This document shows, piece by piece, positions 62,021 through 64,000 of a stretch of DNA of 64,000 nucleotides. The notes beneath the pieces are model-generated. The model ran no database searches, was not told where the DNA came from, and saw only the letters and a program-made list of their open reading frames with translations. How positions within the stretch are numbered: position 1 is the stretch's first letter; each line of letters starts with the position of its first letter. Origin of the DNA: Lachnospiraceae bacterium (GTDB lineage Bacteria > Bacillota > Clostridia > Lachnospirales > Lachnospiraceae). A program made the translations under genes and the position numbers. The DNA lies in the NCBI GenBank assembly GCA_045579705.1, contig JAZNMP010000028.1, positions 5,320-69,319 on the forward strand. The letters are read 5' to 3'.

Positions 62021-62060
62021 GGCATAAATTGACAAATTTATAAAGCAGAAAGGGGAAATT

Positions 62061-63125
62061 ATGGAAAAAAATTTATGGGGCAAAACTCCAAACGGAGAGC
62101 AAGTCTTTCGCTACTCTATAACAAACAAACTCGGCATGCATGCCACTGTAATGAACTACGGGGCAAATTTACTAGAATTATTTGTTCCATCACGTGACAA
62201 TTCCTTTGAGGACGTAGTTTTAGGATTTAAGGATTTAGATTCCTATTTCGAAAACCTTCCTTATTTTGGAGCATCTGTAGTTCCCTTTGCAAACCGAATC
62301 AAGAACGCATCTTTTTCCTTAAATGGAGAAACTTACCATGTAGATGCAAACGAAGGTACAAATTCACTCCATGGTGGGTCAAAAATTCCACCATTTCAGA
62401 AGCGAATCTGGGAGGTTTCTAGCCAAACCGAAGACAGCATTACCTTTCACATTAAATCTGAAGATCTCGAATTCGGTTTTCCAGGTAATCTAAAAGTAGA
62501 TTTAACTTACACGATAAACGATGACAACATGCTTCTCATCGAATATCATGCCGTTTCAGACAAAGATACTGTATTTAATCCTACTAATCACAGTTATTTT
62601 AACCTTAGCGGATTTAATGCAGGATCCAGAAAACTTCTCGAATCATCACTCTGGGTTGATGCAGATTATTTCACACCTACAGACGCAAACTCTGTTCCAA
62701 CAGGCGAGTTAGCTGAAGTCAAAGGAACTCCTATGGATTTCCGTGAACCACAGGCTCTGATCAAAAATGTTGATAACTTCGATTTCGAGCCTATCAAATT
62801 TGGAAAAGGATATGATCACAACTTCGTTATTAATAATTGGAATCATACCTTTAAGAAAGTCGCATCTCTGTACGATCCTAGTTCCTTCAAGACTATGGAA
62901 GTCTTTACAGATATGCCAGGAATTCAGGTTTACACAGGAAACTATATAGAGCCTTCCCCTATCGGAAAAAATAACACAACATTCCATCCTAGAGATGGTA
63001 TCGCTCTAGAAACCCAGTTTTTCCCAAACGCTGTAAACATTCCGTCTTTCCCACAGCCTCTTTTAAAGAAAGACGAAGAATTCATTTCAAAAACCGGTTA
63101 CAGATTTTCTGTATTAGATTTTTAA
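62061..63125 (+). CDS. galM: Aldose 1-epimerase (galactose mutarotase)
   Basis: ANRIKNA, NSLHGG, NPTNHSYFNL, GYDHNF and IALETQFFP. Confidence 0.93.
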   Translation: MEKNLWGKTPNGEQVFRYSITNKLGMHATVMNYGANLLELFVPSRDNSFEDVVLGFKDLDSYFENLPYFGASVVPFANRIKNASFSLNGETYHVDANEGTNSLHGGSKIPPFQKRIWEVSSQTEDSITFHIKSEDLEFGFPGNLKVDLTYTINDDNMLLIEYHAVSDKDTVFNPTNHSYFNLSGFNAGSRKLLESSLWVDADYFTPTDANSVPTGELAEVKGTPMDFREPQALIKNVDNFDFEPIKFGKGYDHNFVINNWNHTFKKVASLYDPSSFKTMEVFTDMPGIQVYTGNYIEPSPIGKNNTTFHPRDGIALETQFFPNAVNIPSFPQPLLKKDEEFISKTGYRFSVLDF

Positions 63126-63138
63126 TTCTACATTTAAC

Positions 63139-63171
63139 AAAAAGGTCATCTCTCGAAGAGATGACCTTTTT
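63139..63171. terminator. Bidirectional terminator
   Basis: AAAAAGGTCATCTCT-CGA-AGAGATGACCTTTTT. Confidence 0.9.
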
Positions 63172-63172
63172 A

Positions 63173-64000
63173 TTACTTTTCTTTTGCTTCTTTAATTACA
63201 GTATTTAAATCAACTAAGATAATATTTTTAATCGCAGATGCCACCGTGAGAGCATGCTCGCTAAAACCTGCAGCCGAAAATACCATATAGAAATTATCGC
63301 CCATTCTGCGTACTTTCTTTGTAAGTTCAATAAGCTCTTTCAGTTCCTGAATTTCAACCTGCTTCTTTGAATAATAGCACTTGCAGAAGACACTGGCGTC
63401 TTCGTTATCATTTTTTCCTAAACCAACGATATCAAAGCCTACAGTAGTATGTTCTTCATCATTATTCTCCCACCAATTTCCAACTTCATCAAGAACAAAT
63501 GGAAGACTGCCCGCTTTAGATTTCTCCATTAAATACTCTTTACATACCTCTGTGAAGACTTCACACTCAAACGCTTCCATCGCATTCTCATCGATATCCG
63601 GAAGTTCATCTGTCATTTCATAAAAAGGAAGTGCAGGTACAATAAACTTATACCAGAAAATATCTGCTGTGTTACACAAAGAGTAGCGAGTCTTTCTCCG
63701 ATTATTCTTCTCAGTAATCGGAGTCTCTTTCTTAACCAAAGAAAGTTTCATCAAACTCTTCAGATATGGAACAACTATATCCTTAGGTTTATTAACTATA
63801 GCGGATATCTCGTTTACTCTCTGTACTCCATCCGCCAAAACCTGCATCATTCTGTTATAGTATGCCGGCTCTCTCAGATCCTTTTTCATCGTCTCCTCAG
63901 GATTCGAATCTGTAGCCTTATCTAAATAAAGTTTTTTCACGGCTTCCTGGCGACTCAGAGGTTCATCGCCCAACTTGTCTACCAATACAGGCAGGCCTCC
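63173..64000 (-). CDS. 3' part of an archaeal-type ATPase/DUF234 family protein (runs off the window edge)
   Basis: Frame is open to 64000 (GGLP, matching the family's GGxP motif); winged helix with EISAIV...YLKSL..LSLVKKETP; FWYKFI; GNWW; C-terminal VFSAAGFS. Confidence 0.75.
   Translation of the reverse strand, partial: GGLPVLVDKLGDEPLSRQEAVKKLYLDKATDSNPEETMKKDLREPAYYNRMMQVLADGVQRVNEISAIVNKPKDIVVPYLKSLMKLSLVKKETPITEKNNRRKTRYSLCNTADIFWYKFIVPALPFYEMTDELPDIDENAMEAFECEVFTEVCKEYLMEKSKAGSLPFVLDEVGNWWENNDEEHTTVGFDIVGLGKNDNEDASVFCKCYYSKKQVEIQELKELIELTKKVRRMGDNFYMVFSAAGFSEHALTVASAIKNIILVDLNTVIKEAKEK

Overview
Chromosomal core-genome segment of an AT-rich (about 40% GC, by eye) Bacillota bacterium. 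Gene content and order suggest Lachnospiraceae/Clostridia (inference). About 35 of the 42 CDS and both tRNAs lie on the minus strand. Contents: maltodextrin/glycogen genes (malQ-glgP, a GH13 amylase, glgC-glgD-spoVG, galM); the conserved hup-S4-divIC-tilS-hpt-ftsH and pth-mfd-prsA-murA blocks; cca-proS; a two-component pair; SAM-I-regulated metK; murC; a dnaD-like/helicase-loader/prs operon behind a DnaA-box cluster; an LTA synthase; a surface-protein locus (2915-aa repeat protein, class B sortase, LRR/InlB-repeat protein with a TPKTA sorting signal); a heterodimeric ABC exporter; PBP1A; tRNA-Leu(TAA) and tRNA-Pro(CGG). I found no integrase, transposase, prophage or CRISPR array. The most interesting unannotated signal is a stand-alone ~85-nt non-coding unit between ftsH and the amylase gene. 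It has its own -10 box and terminator and three exposed C-rich anti-Shine-Dalgarno-like motifs. In the same window, most carbohydrate genes, spoVG, the HD-GYP gene and the giant surface gene use AGGGG rather than AGGAG ribosome-binding sites, so this is a candidate sRNA regulon. Other leads: a 130-nt GC-rich multi-hairpin element after glgP, DnaA-like boxes that double as a terminator, a probably leaderless sortase with an extra N-terminal domain, and precise loss of sporulation genes from otherwise conserved gene blocks. All calls were made by eye with no database searches.
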